Shown: piece after piece, positions 1-17,984 of the stretch
How positions within the stretch are numbered: position 1 is the stretch's first letter
How the letters are laid out: every line of letters begins with the position of its first letter
Assembly (NCBI GenBank): GCA_043228905.1
Contig: JBHGNT010000002.1
Location: forward strand, 4,216,001 to 4,280,000
DNA from: Azolla caroliniana
Lineage: Eukaryota > Plantae > Polypodiophyta
DNA length: 64,000 nt
Direction: 5' to 3'
The notes under the pieces: model-generated
Told to the model about the DNA's origin: nothing
Database searches by the model: none
Seen by the model: the letters and a program-made list of their open reading frames with translations, nothing else
Made by a program: the position numbers and the translations under genes

Positions 1-529
1 TTTAAAAAGCTATAGAAAGCTCTTTTTACAAGCTTTCTAATCCATATTTAAACGTGATATTTGGATAAACAACGAGGGAGTTATGACCATTCTATTTTTA
101 CTGTTTTTTATAGTCTGCGTTTTCTCTTTTTACTTTTCTCTTGGTCTCGTACTTTTACTTTTGACTTCTTCCCTAAGGTCTTAGTTCGTGTTCTTATCCT
201 CCAAATGTGAATTATCCATACTTTATATCCATCTAGTGTTCAATGGTTTGAATTCAAAAAACACTTTCACATTTAGCTCCCCCCCCCCCCTTGCTTGTTG
301 AGCGAACCATTTATGGTGAGCCGAAGATAAAAAGAATAAAAAAAACTCCTTCGCCTTATGGTAGGCTATAGACAAAGAAGGAGAGAAGAAAAAGAAACAA
401 ACTATGTGAGTAAAACCCCCGCTAGTCGGTAGGAAAAACCTCACACTCCTAGACACACCCACACACACATTGACAATTCCATCATCATCTTTCTCCTTGT
501 CAACACAAAGAAAGAGGTTACCACAATCA

Positions 530-2632
530 TTATGTCTTCGTTAACTCTCCAAAGACTAGTAGGGCCATGGGATAAATCACTCTTGATAGCAGTAAGCATG
601 TCAACATATAAATGAATCTTTCGAGCGAGCGCACCTTTTGCACAAATACTTTCAAAGCTTCAAGACTTGTCGGAATTGTCATCTTTGTAATTATGTTAAT
701 CTTTGAATCATCCACATGAAATCCTTTTTGGCACAACATATTGTCCACACTACCTTGTTTTGTATAAACAACCATTTTATCGACAATCTCATCTCGAGAA
801 GGAAGTGAAAATTCATCTCGTTTGGTCGAATCATTCAAGGGTTTGAAATTGATCTCATTCTTCTTTGGAACCAAAACTATAGGTGACACACACCTCAAAT
901 CTTCCATCTTATAATTGGAACTTTCTTGTAACCATGCGTTGAACTCTTGCATAAATTCTTCCTTTTGTTCAACACTCAATTGCCGAAGCTTTGGGGAAAT
1001 TGATACACTTTCCTTCAAGTTGATGTGGTATTTGTTGCAAGCTTCTCCTCTTATTCCAAAACACTTGATGAACACATCCTCCACTATGCTTGTGCAATGC
1101 ACCACTCCACTATCTACTACAACCACCCTTGTTGAAGATGACCTACTAATAGGAATTCCTACTTTGTTTACTACAAATTCAGAAATCAAGCTTACCCTAG
1201 CACCACTATCACCCAAGGCATCTTTGATGTGAACCCCTTTGATGGAGACAGGGATGATTGGTCGTATGTCCTTTCGATCTTCTACTCGCACGATCCCCAC
1301 GTAATGCACGGTCTTTTGACTTTGGCAAATACTCACAAGCCTCCCCCACTCATTTTGTAATGTGGATGATAATTGGAGAAGTTGCGGCCATGTTATCCTT
1401 GGTCCACTCGATATCAATTCATGCTTCCGATTGAAAGATTCTACACCTTCTCCCATAGGAATATCCTCCATCTTTATCTTCCTTCTAGAGTGTCTCCTTC
1501 TCAATTTGTCCTCTTTCTCATTCTCCTTAGACTTCTTCTTTTGTCTTGAGTCACTAGATTCTCCTTCAACTTCTTTCTCCTTTTGCGAGGCTCTTGTCCT
1601 TTTCACAAGAGCTACTTCACAAGCACTATCACTATCATCAATAAAATTAAGAAGATTCACATTATGAGGAATTGTAGGAACCTGAGTCATTGGAAGTGTT
1701 ATGGATTCGCCTCCTTCGACTCCATTGTTGATAGGTCGTTGTCCATTCCGTTGCACTTCATACATGCCTCTTCCCATGCCTCTTTGTTGTCGATGAGGAC
1801 ATCTTGTTGAGATGTGTCCCTCCTCTTGACAAGAATAACAAATTACACCGTGATGCCCTCTAGAGCCACCACCATCGGGAATAGTGTTGCGAATTGCTTA
1901 GGATTGTTGCAAGTGGGCCATCACTTCATCAAAGCGCCGATTCACCAACGCCATTGTATCTTGTTCACTCTTCACTTGTTCCACTTCTTGAGATATACTT
2001 GTTGGGTTTATTGTTGTGGTGGTATACACATTTGGAAACACTTGTCCACCATGCACAATTGAAGATAAGGCTTGAAAGTTGGCACGAGGCATCAAATTTG
2101 CACCCAAAGCCGTCATTTGGGGATCCCCCATGGAACTCATCATCTTCACTTGTCGATCATAATCTTGACAAACTTGGAGAAGAGCTTGAAAAGTCGTTGG
2201 ATCCTTCAAGCTTGCCTCCAAACGGAAATGCATATCAAGGCCCACCTTAAATTGTTCTATCTTAAACCACTCGTCTTCGGTGCCACCACGAAGACGAATC
2301 CACGTCGTCCACAATTCTTGGAAATTTCGTTCATACTCTAAAAAACCAAAAGGTGATTCCATCTTTAGTTGAAAAAGCTCCTCCCTTACCTCAGTTGCAC
2401 TTTTCCATTGAATATATCTTGTACGAAATTGATGCACCAATAATTGATATTCTCCTTGTTCATTTTGCGGAAGAGAGTCATACCAATCTCGAGCACGACC
2501 ATAGAATGTAGCTACCAACAAGGGCAACTTTTCGTTGTCGGTGATGCGTCCAATAGATATGGCATGATGCTCAAAGCATGCCAAAAAGGCACCAGCATCT
2601 TGTGTTCTTTCACCCGAAAATGCAAATTGCAT
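530..2632 (-). pseudogene. gag: gag-protease-deleted RT polyprotein, unit 1 (one in-frame TAA at 1898-1900)
   Basis: Gag-like N-terminus (GRARDWY). CCHC knuckle CYSCQEEGHISTRC just after the stop, in frame with ORF 530-1777. Protease DSGA. RT start (SPIVLVPKKN) fused to RT end, with no YxDD, RNase H or integrase. Confidence 0.85.
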
Positions 2633-2700
2633 AGCTAAGTTAATGTAATATAGTAACACAATTAAATGATAACTTCTCTTCCTATACGGAAAGGATCGGC

Positions 2701-2716
2701 CCTCCCTGGAGCGCCA
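2701..2716 (-). promoter_or_regulatory. Primer-binding site TGGCGCTCCAGGGAGG (tRNA-Arg-like); second copy at 5899-5914
   Basis: Starts with TGG 4 nt inside the LTR end. Resembles the complement of the plant tRNA-Arg(CCT) 3' end as I recall it, with 2 mismatches. Confidence 0.6.
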
Positions 2717-2720
2717 AAAT

Positions 2721-3727
2721 TGATAGGGTGTATAAGATAATAGATAGTTATACACTATATGAGGGCTTGACCAAACCGATTAGATGGAGTTGAAAATCAT
2801 AATATATTATATAGCTCTAGGTAATTATGATTAGAGAGTATAACTCAAGAAACTAAGAAAAAAGATAGAGAAGGCGAGCAAGAAATAAGAATGTTTTGAT
2901 ATTCCAACATCAAGAGAATACAAAGGAGACAAACTCCACATTGAACTAAAACCAAAGACCTTCCTCTTCTAAGACACTTCCTCTTCCACAAAGACACTTC
3001 TTCCTAACACTCCTCATCCACTCTTTGGCCTTCACTCTTAGCCCCCCTCCTCACTAATATCACTTCTTCTTTTATAACCTTCCTCTTCTTATCCACGTTC
3101 ATGCTATTTTTAGAAGCTTTTTATCTCCCTATTTTTAGCTATGACACATCGACCTTCTAATCGTCATATCTCCCTCATCCGATATCCAAATTAAGCGATT
3201 TAAAAAGCTATAGAAAGCTCTTTTTACAAGCTTTCTAATCCATATTTAAACGTGATATTTGGATAAACAACGAGGGAGTTATGACCATTCTATTTTTACT
3301 GTTTTTTATAGTCTGCGTTTTCTCTTTTTACTTTTCTCTTGGTCTCGTACTTTTACTTTTGACTTCTTCCCTAAGGTCTTAGTTCGTGTTCTTATCCTCC
3401 AAATGTGAATTATCCATACTTTATATCCATCTAGTGTTCAATGGTTTGAATTCAAAAAACACTTTCACATTTAGCTCCCCCCCCCCCCTTGCTTGTTGAG
3501 CGAACCATTTATGGTGAGCCGAAGATAAAAAGAATAAAAAAAACTCCTTCGCCTTATGGTAGGCTATAGACAAAGAAGGAGAGAAGAAAAAGAAACAAAC
3601 TATGTGAGTAAAACCCCCGCTAGTCGGTAGGAAAAACCTCACACTCCTAGACACACCCACACACACATTGACAATTCCATCATCATCTTTCTCCTTGTCA
3701 ACACAAAGAAAGAGGTTACCACAATCA
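2721..3727 (-). repeat. LTR (~1007 bp) shared between tandem units
   Basis: TGATAGGG...CCACAATCA ends; apparently identical to 5919-6925. An alternative shorter boundary at 3469 (G-run followed by TG) is possible. Confidence 0.75.
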
Positions 3728-5830
3728 TTATGTCTTCGTTAACTCTCCAAAGACTAGTAGGGCCATGGGATAAATCACTCTTGATAGCAGTAAGCATGTC
3801 AACATATAAATGAATCTTTCGAGCGAGCGCACCTTTTGCACAAATACTTTCAAAGCTTCAAGACTTGTCGGAATTGTCATCTTTGTAATTATGTTAATCT
3901 TTGAATCATCCACATGAAATCCTTTTTGGCACAACATATTGTCCACACTACCTTGTTTTGTATAAACAACCATTTTATCGACAATCTCATCTCGAGAAGG
4001 AAGTGAAAATTCATCTCGTTTGGTCGAATCATTCAAGGGTTTGAAATTGATCTCATTCTTCTTTGGAACCAAAACTATAGGTGACACACACCTCAAATCT
4101 TCCATCTTATAATTGGAACTTTCTTGTAACCATGCGTTGAACTCTTGCATAAATTCTTCCTTTTGTTCAACACTCAATTGCCGAAGCTTTGGGGAAATTG
4201 ATACACTTTCCTTCAAGTTGATGTGGTATTTGTTGCAAGCTTCTCCTCTTATTCCAAAACACTTGATGAACACATCCTCCACTATGCTTGTGCAATGCAC
4301 CACTCCACTATCTACTACAACCACCCTTGTTGAAGATGACCTACTAATAGGAATTCCTACTTTGTTTACTACAAATTCAGAAATCAAGCTTACCCTAGCA
4401 CCACTATCACCCAAGGCATCTTTGATGTGAACCCCTTTGATGGAGACAGGGATGATTGGTCGTATGTCCTTTCGATCTTCTACTCGCACGATCCCCACGT
4501 AATGCACGGTCTTTTGACTTTGGCAAATACTCACAAGCCTCCCCCACTCATTTTGTAATGTGGATGATAATTGGAGAAGTTGCGGCCATGTTATCCTTGG
4601 TCCACTCGATATCAATTCATGCTTCCGATTGAAAGATTCTACACCTTCTCCCATAGGAATATCCTCCATCTTTATCTTCCTTCTAGAGTGTCTCCTTCTC
4701 AATTTGTCCTCTTTCTCATTCTCCTTAGACTTCGTTGTACTACTGCTTTCACTAGATTCTCCTTCAACTTCTTTCTCCTTTTGCGAGGCTCTTGTCCTTT
4801 TCACAAGAGCTACTTCACAAGCACTATCACTATCATCAATAAAATTAAGAAGATTCACATTATGAGGAATTGTAGGAACCTGAGTCATTGGAAGTGTTAT
4901 GGATTCGCCTCCTTCGACTCCATTGTTGATAGGTCGTTGTCCATTCCGTTGCACTTCATACATGCCTCTTCCCATGCCTCTTTGTTGTCGATGAGGACAT
5001 CTTGTTGAGATGTGTCCCTCCTCTTGACAAGAATAACAAATTACACCGTGATGCCCTCTAGAGCCACCACCATCGGGAATAGTGTTGCGAATTGCTTAGG
5101 ATTGTTGCAAGTGGGCCATCACTTCATCAAAGCGCCGATTCACCAACGCCATTGTATCTTGTTCACTCTTCACTTGTTCCACTTCTTGAGATATACTTGT
5201 TGGGTTTATTGTTGTGGTGGTATACACATTTGGAAACACTTGTCCACCATGCACAATTGAAGATAAGGCTTGAAAGTTGGCACGAGGCATCAAATTTGCA
5301 CCCAAAGCCGTCATTTGGGGATCCCCCATGGAACTCATCATCTTCACTTGTCGATCATAATCTTGACAAACTTGGAGAAGAGCTTGAAAAGTCGTTGGAT
5401 CCTTCAAGCTTGCCTCCAAACGGAAATGCATATCAAGGCCCACCTTAAATTGTTCTATCTTAAACCACTCGTCTTCGGTGCCACCACGAAGACGAATCCA
5501 CGTCGTCCACAATTCTTGGAAATTTCGTTCATACTCTAAAAAACCAAAAGGTGATTCCATCTTTAGTTGAAAAAGCTCCTCCCTTACCTCAGTTGCACTT
5601 TTCCATTGAATATATCTTGTACGAAATTGATGCACCAATAATTGATATTCTCCTTGTTCATTTTGCGGAAGAGAGTCATACCAATCTCGAGCACGACCAT
5701 AGAATGTAGCTACCAACAAGGGCAACTTTTCGTTGTCGGTGATGCGTCCAATAGATATGGCATGATGCTCAAAGCATGCCAAAAAGGCACCAGCATCTTG
5801 TGTTCTTTCACCCGAAAATGCAAATTGCAT
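3728..5830 (-). pseudogene. gag: gag-protease-deleted RT polyprotein, unit 2 (in-frame TAA at 5096-5098)
   Basis: Translation identical to unit 1 except ESSSTT in place of DSRQKK. Confidence 0.85.
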
Positions 5831-5918
5831 AGCTAAGTTAATGTAATATAGTAACACAATTAAATGATAACTTCTCTTCCTATACGGAAAGGATCGGCCC
5901 TCCCTGGAGCGCCAAAAT

Positions 5919-6925
5919 TGATAGGGTGTATAAGATAATAGATAGTTATACACTATATGAGGGCTTGACCAAACCGATTAGATGGAGTTGAAAATCATAA
6001 TATATTATATAGCTCTAGGTAATTATGATTAGAGAGTATAACTCAAGAAACTAAGAAAAAAGATAGAGAAGGCGAGCAAGAAATAAGAATGTTTTGATAT
6101 TCCAACATCAAGAGAATACAAAGGAGACAAACTCCACATTGAACTAAAACCAAAGACCTTCCTCTTCTAAGACACTTCCTCTTCCACAAAGACACTTCTT
6201 CCTAACACTCCTCATCCACTCTTTGGCCTTCACTCTTAGCCCCCCTCCTCACTAATATCACTTCTTCTTTTATAACCTTCCTCTTCTTATCCACGTTCAT
6301 GCTATTTTTAGAAGCTTTTTATCTCCCTATTTTTAGCTATGACACATCGACCTTCTAATCGTCATATCTCCCTCATCCGATATCCAAATTAAGCGATTTA
6401 AAAAGCTATAGAAAGCTCTTTTTACAAGCTTTCTAATCCATATTTAAACGTGATATTTGGATAAACAACGAGGGAGTTATGACCATTCTATTTTTACTGT
6501 TTTTTATAGTCTGCGTTTTCTCTTTTTACTTTTCTCTTGGTCTCGTACTTTTACTTTTGACTTCTTCCCTAAGGTCTTAGTTCGTGTTCTTATCCTCCAA
6601 ATGTGAATTATCCATACTTTATATCCATCTAGTGTTCAATGGTTTGAATTCAAAAAACACTTTCACATTTAGCTCCCCCCCCCCCCTTGCTTGTTGAGCG
6701 AACCATTTATGGTGAGCCGAAGATAAAAAGAATAAAAAAAACTCCTTCGCCTTATGGTAGGCTATAGACAAAGAAGGAGAGAAGAAAAAGAAACAAACTA
6801 TGTGAGTAAAACCCCCGCTAGTCGGTAGGAAAAACCTCACACTCCTAGACACACCCACACACACATTGACAATTCCATCATCATCTTTCTCCTTGTCAAC
6901 ACAAAGAAAGAGGTTACCACAATCA
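5919..6925 (-). repeat. 5' LTR of the tandem array
   Basis: TG...CA ends; PBS at 5899-5914; junction with host protease codons (..WLKTTDIKH|). Confidence 0.8.
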
Positions 6926-9094
6926 TGCTTTATGTCGGTCGTCTTTAACCAAGGTCTGTCCAACAGTAAAGGGTACGCTCCTAGGGCGCTCAATTGTAAG
7001 ACTACTCCTGAGATCCGGAATGCATTTCCTTCAATGGTGATCTCCAAATTTTGGATGAGTCTGGTTGGCCGAACTAAGCTTGTGTCAGACATTCGTAACT
7101 AGAATGGGCACGGTTCCCATTCCCGGATCCCTAGTTTATCGCACATCCTTCTACTAATTATGTTCACTCTAGATCCTCCGTCGATGATTGTTCTAGGTAC
7201 CTATTTTCACTTCATGATTAATGTCACCGCCGGACTGTTCTTGTCGATCACATTCGATCCTTCACTTGGGTTTGTAAAATACGTTAGTGTCGTTGCTGGT
7301 TTTGGTGGCGCTAATGCCGATTTAAGACCTTCGGTGAATCGGGCCACTAATTGCAATAATCGGCCAAGCGGCAACATAATTTGGCACTGTGTTAGTGCCT
7401 GCCAGGCTGGGTTCGCTTCTACTATGTTGGTTGCTTCGTTCGACTGTAGTTTCGGTGTTTGCTTGGCCTGTTCTTGCTGCATATTATCGATATTTCGTTG
7501 ATTAGTCTTTTCCACCCATTCTGTGGCTGCCTTCCGGACCACTTCTTGTGCCTCCCATTCTATGGTTTTCCCCTTCGACTGGGTCGTGACTTTTTGTACA
7601 TCGGTGACTTCGGCTATGACCATATTTACCACAAGTTATTTTTCCTTAGCCTTGACCGGGCACTCGCTGCTGTAGTGCCCTTCTTGTCAGCAATAGTAAC
7701 AATATTGTTTCCTGGCTCCGCTAGATTCACCTTTATATCCGCCTACCGATTGCATACCATGAGCCATTCGAGTAAATTCTTCTTGCCTTCTTTGCTCCGG
7801 ATGCATTATTCCACCCTCTAGCAATGGTTTACTTGTGTCCAGGCCTTGTCACTATTCAAGTCCCATTTCATGACGCTCGTTTCGCCGATTGTAGTTTCCG
7901 TGTCGGTGGTTATGATTTCGGTGTTGATTCTGGTACCCTTGCAAGTCCGGGTACCTCCGTTCCACTCCTCTTCTCTGATCGTATTCTGGGAAATAATCTC
8001 AATCATACCAGTCCCGGGGGTACTCGTACCTCCTTCGGACGTGGTCGTACCGGTATCTTCCATCTGGTTCGTATCGGTCCTCTCGTCGGAATCGATATTC
8101 TTCTGGCTGCTGATCCTCACGGGGGTTTATCTGTCTTACCGGTGCCGCTTGCCGATTAAGCAGGTTGTATTCGCACTGGTTCATGGTATGTGTCCTTGAG
8201 TGGCACAACAAACTATGTGTCTGCATGGTGCATTCCAAGGCAGACTGGCCTAGGTTCAGGGACGTTGTACATTGGACCGCCTGTCGGAAGTGGAGATCCT
8301 CTTCCATGGTCAATGCTTGTTATAAAGCCCCCATTGCCATGTGATTGCCATTCTAGGCCCGATCCATGTCGATCACCCGATCAATTACTTGATCGATCGT
8401 AGTGGTTCTAAAATCCAAAACCGCCAAAGTAGTCCGGAGTGGATTTCGTAGAGCCGTCAGAAATATTTATTTGACCTCATCGTCTGGGGGTGCCCGCGTC
8501 AACTATTTGTGAAGATTTAGAAATCTGATAATAAACTATGGTACTGTTTCATGCGCCTCTTGATAGGTGGCATAAAATATTCCGATTAATTCTCTTTGGG
8601 AAACCTGCCGGTGAAATAGCTGTAGGAACTTGTCCCGCAGGGCCTGCAATGTCACAAAGTCCCCTGGGTTATGTTGGGAGTACCATTCACAATTTTTTAT
8701 TTTTCCGCCTCTGGTTCCACGCACCACTAGGAGACATGGTTGGCCTCCCACGTTGTCAAGCATGCGCGGACGTGTGCCTCCATGTCTGGCTCATCTTTGT
8801 ACTTCGGATATGGGTACGACACAATGTCTTCTTCATTGGCCTGGTTGGTCGTTGTTGTCGGTGTCTACACCGGTATAACTTCTTCTACTGGTGGTGTTTG
8901 TACCAGAATCATTGCATCCACCAGTGGTGTCGGTGGCTTGGTTTTAGACCCCGCGTTGGTGTCTACTCTAGAACTTCCTCCTCCGGAGTGTCTTGACTGG
9001 ATCGTTAATGGGACTAAACGTTCCGTTCGTCCTTCGTGTCGTTGTCCGACCCTGATTCAAATGTCGAAAATGCTTCCGAATCTCTTGCCTCTGT

Positions 9095-9829
9095 TGTGAG
9101 GGTCTTTGACAAGAACTACATGCTCCCGATAACCAACGCTCGGCCACAACCGAGCTTAGAATCAAACACAGAAAACGGGGAATGAATGCACGACACAATG
9201 GAGGGAAGAGTACACAAGATGTTTACGTGGAAAACCCAAGCACGGGAAAAAACCACGGCAGTCCACTTACTGCTAACTATCACTATGTAACAATGTACAA
9301 TAGATGAACACAGAGGCAACGACCTCTTGTTCATTGTCTTCGCCATAGGCGGTGGTTACAACAGAGATACAAACTCTTCGTCTCTTTCTCTCCCTCTCTC
9401 TCTCTCTGTACACAGTTGTGCTCTAATCTTGCGCCAACAAGAATGACAACAACACACTAAGTTTGCCCTAAGTCATATTTATACTAATATGACTTTTCGG
9501 CTATTTACAAAATATAACCCCGATGGACTCTCAGAAAACATATTTACGAATATGTCCCTTCATCCGGTGAGCACTTCTCACCGGGTCTTCACCATCCGGC
9601 TTTTGCCGGGTACTCGTCATCCGGTTCTCACCGGGTCTTCCGTTGCCGGGTACTCGTCATCCGGTTCTCATCGGGTCTTCCGTAGCTGGGTACTCGTCAT
9701 CCGGTTCTCACCGGGTCTTCCATAGCCAGGTACTCGTCATCCGGTTCTCACCGGGTCTTCCGTAGCCGGGTACTCCACATCCGGTTTCGGCCGAGGCCTA
9801 TTGGCCTCAATCGAGTTTGCTCAGCAGCA
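9095..9829 (-). mobile_element. Solo LTR inserted in the Gypsy gag
   Basis: TG...CA ends; imperfect TSD (ctgt/ttgt); host reading frame rejoins on removal; TATA and (GA)n inside. Confidence 0.6.
9575..9786. repeat. 40-bp tandem repeat (~5 copies) inside the solo LTR
   Basis: Unit CCGGTTCTCACCGGGTCTTCCGTAGCCGGGTACTCGTCAT at 9621, 9661, 9701 and 9741. Confidence 0.9.
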
Positions 9830-10812
9830 TTGTTTTTCTCACTTCCCATCCGGAGGGACCTGTTTCCTAATAGGTCTGCAATATAATTTCAGCGTCGTCG
9901 AGGCTCGTTAGGTTGCTCTACTCGTCTGGCTGACGCTAATTCTGTATTTGAACCGTTTGTTCCGCAACCCTCCGAATCACTATGGGAAAAGATTGATCTT
10001 GCCAGATCTCCTCGGTCGCCTGCTGGTACACTTCTCGTCTCCGTAGTCTCTCGGCTAGTATTCTCGCTCGTTCGGCTACTGGGTCGTTCGTCTGTCTAGA
10101 CAATATCCATCCTCCAGTGTCCACTGCTCAATGCAGAAATCATGGTTGCCAAAATATGTGTTATTCCTAGGCTAGACTCTAGCCACAAACACAATGTATC
10201 CCCTTCCGGAATACGTCTCCAAAGGTGTGGTCAGAGAGATGGATTAATACTTTATCACAGATATAACTTATCCGATTACTTTCCGGAATACATACACCGT
10301 ATCTGACAATCAATTACACGCGTAAAATAACAAGATATAGCACAGACGGCAAGTACACAAGATAGAGAATCAATAACTTAACTTGCACTACTTTCGTTCT
10401 AGATACAATCAATCTGGATCTTTTATATAGGCATCCGGTATGGGTACAAAACGGTGCCTTATCGCTATCCGATTACAAAACAGTGCGGATCTAGATCGGT
10501 ACAACTATCCGGATCCGTCACTTCCTAATACATTTTCTCTATAATTATCTATTATTCTCCGGCCTCCAGTTCACACCACCTTCGGATCCTACTCTTTCTT
10601 TGGCCAACATTTCATTGTTGGTTTAGTCGGGTTGACCAAATCAAATGTATCCAATTGTGAGAGGATAATGAAACTAAGGTTGATCCATCTATCTGTTTCA
10701 TTGTTGGTTTAGTCAGGTTGACCAAATCAAATGTATCCAATTATTCGAGAAGATAATGAAAGCAAGGTTGATCGTGACTACTAAAAACTTCTATGAATGA
10801 ATGCCATAACAT

Positions 10813-16180
<5,368 letters not shown>

Positions 16181-16911
16181 ACCCATCATGATACACTTTG
16201 TTGAATATATTAAACTCGACAATCCTAAAGTTCAAGTGAACAAAATACCAGTGGTGGGCAAACGTTGCATATTCTTAAAAGTCATGAAATATTATACCAC
16301 TCACATTCTTATTGTTTCACACAAACTTAAGACCTCCACAACTTAGAAAGTTATGCACATGTCATGTTTTGAGCATTACACATATTATCCTCCCCATATG
16401 GTTGAATACATACTACACATGTGCAATCACGTCCATCCCCTTGTATAACCTTAGAATCAGTATGCGCGGTGTTCACTCCAAACCTTAATAAGTCCATTTT
16501 AATGTGGTGCACAATGCACACAACAACATGTGTTCCTTTCTTTTAACTTTCTAACAAAAAAATGTTTCAAACTTTGAAACTTGCGAAATCCAACAGGGTG
16601 CTTGAATTTTGCTCTTTGAAGTTCATGATGAAGGCAGCCTACAAATAAAAATATATAGTCAACAAACAAAGTTAATATCAAAATCAATATACAGTATGAA
16701 TAAAAATGAAAGAACTAATTACCTCCATCATCTTGGAGAAGTGTCTAGGGTGAATTTCTTATTTACCTCGACTTAGTTGTTGTCTAACCCATGTCCTTTT
16801 TATTTCGTGAAACAAGAGTGGTGTTCATCCAAACAACAACCACTTTCTCAACAATCTCTTAATTGAAAACTGAGGTCGTCAGTGCGAAAACAATAACAAC
16901 ACTATAGGGTG

Positions 16912-17329
16912 TGTCGTGACTCGTGAGAGAGAGAGAGAGAGAGAGAAAGAGAAGACAAGAAATGGAAAAAGGATTATATTGTGAGAAAACAAGGTTACAA
17001 AGAGTAGGCTAAAGGCTAAAGACTGGTGTTGAACCGAATGAGTTGTGATGAATGAATTGACACCTATTTATAGGTCCTTATGGAGTATTCTAAAATGTTC
17101 TAGAAAATTTTAAATATTTATGATATTTAATATAATCATGGAATATTCTAGAATGTTCTAGAATACTCTAGATTGTTCTAGAATACTCTAAATATCTTGT
17201 AATAACTAATAATATATTTATTATAACTATACATCATATATGTTATTATAATGGTTAAAGGTCTAATATGTAGACCAAGATGTCGTGGGTTCGAATCCTT
17301 GTAAGTTCAAAATGTATGTCTTCATGACA
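16912..17329 (-). mobile_element. Solo LTR of the chromovirus family inside the Copia LTR
   Basis: TG...CA ends; TSD gggtg/aggtg; reverse-complement homologue of LTR 48966-49373. Confidence 0.85.
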
Positions 17330-17573
17330 AGGTGAAGAAAGACAGGTTATGATGTATACATAAGCAAAATCGTGGAGAAACAGATTGAGCAAGACAACTT
17401 CACAAGGATTAAGATCAAGAAACAACATAAGGAGAGAGAGAGACATAGAGGCACAAAGCTATAACTGTATTATTCAAATCTCAAGGTACAAAGGATGGAG
17501 GCAACAACATCATCATGAACTAGCTTACAAAGCTCAATTATAAAGTAACTAAGCTAGGGCAATTTCCCTTTAG

Positions 17574-17984
17574 TACCAATAGGCACAGTTCCGGCTCAAA
17601 CCAAACTGAACCGTTAAACCGAACTCAAACCAAACTGAACTGTTAAACCATGGTTTAACGTTTATTGGTTTCAAAAAATTTTAATGGTTTGGTTTGGTTT
17701 GGATTGGATTTTTAACAAACGGTTTAGTTTCAGTTTGGTTTGGTTCTAAAATTCAGCTTTATCGATTTATAAATTTAAATGGTTTGGTTTAAAGTTTTAT
17801 TGGTTTTAGGTTTTTCTTTTTTACCTTAACAGTTTATTAATTTAATGGTTTTTTATCGATTTAATTAATTAAACTTAAATGCTTATTTAATTTAATGGTT
17901 TAATTAAAGTTTCGTTTATTAATTTAACTTGAATGCTTATTTAATTTAATGTAAAGAAACCAAACCGAACCTTGCCCATTGCTA
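17574..17984. mobile_element. Possible hAT-type MITE
   Basis: Imperfect TIRs (TACCAATAGGCA / TGCCCATTGCTA), inverted subterminal AAACC(G/A) repeats, AT-rich core. No TSD recovered. Confidence 0.5.

Larger units (their letters stand above)
1..6925 (-). mobile_element. Head-to-tail tandem array of a non-autonomous Ty3/Gypsy element (LTR-internal-LTR-internal-LTR; 3198-bp period; continues beyond the window start)
   Basis: Sequence and ORF set repeat with an exact 3198-bp offset. Three LTR copies (<1-529, 2721-3727, 5919-6925). PBS next to two LTRs. The right end cleanly interrupts another element's protease ORF. Confidence 0.9.
6926..10609 (-). mobile_element. Older degenerate Gypsy element: 5' LTR, gag, zinc knuckle and protease, cut by the tandem array
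   Basis: Gag fragment (WYSQ..LRDKFLQLF, 8536-8763); CYYCxQEGHYSSEC near 7660-7710; protease IIDGGS and LLxRPWL. Putative LTR 10157-10609 (TG..CA, TATA) with TGGCAACC adjacent. Confidence 0.75.

Noticed and set aside
223-468. 81-aa ORF repeated three times, and the 157-aa ORF at 6619-7092
   Set aside because: Low-complexity LTR sequence; the longer ORF is a chance fusion across the insertion junction.
1536-4748. DGR-type template/variable repeat pair
   Set aside because: Changes hit C, T and G as well as A, and the adjacent RT lacks its catalytic core.
9575-9786. CRISPR-like regular repeat
   Set aside because: Contiguous 40-bp units with no unique spacers, inside an LTR, and no cas genes.
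10610-10775. ~86-bp tandem duplication
   Set aside because: Two copies only; ordinary local duplication.
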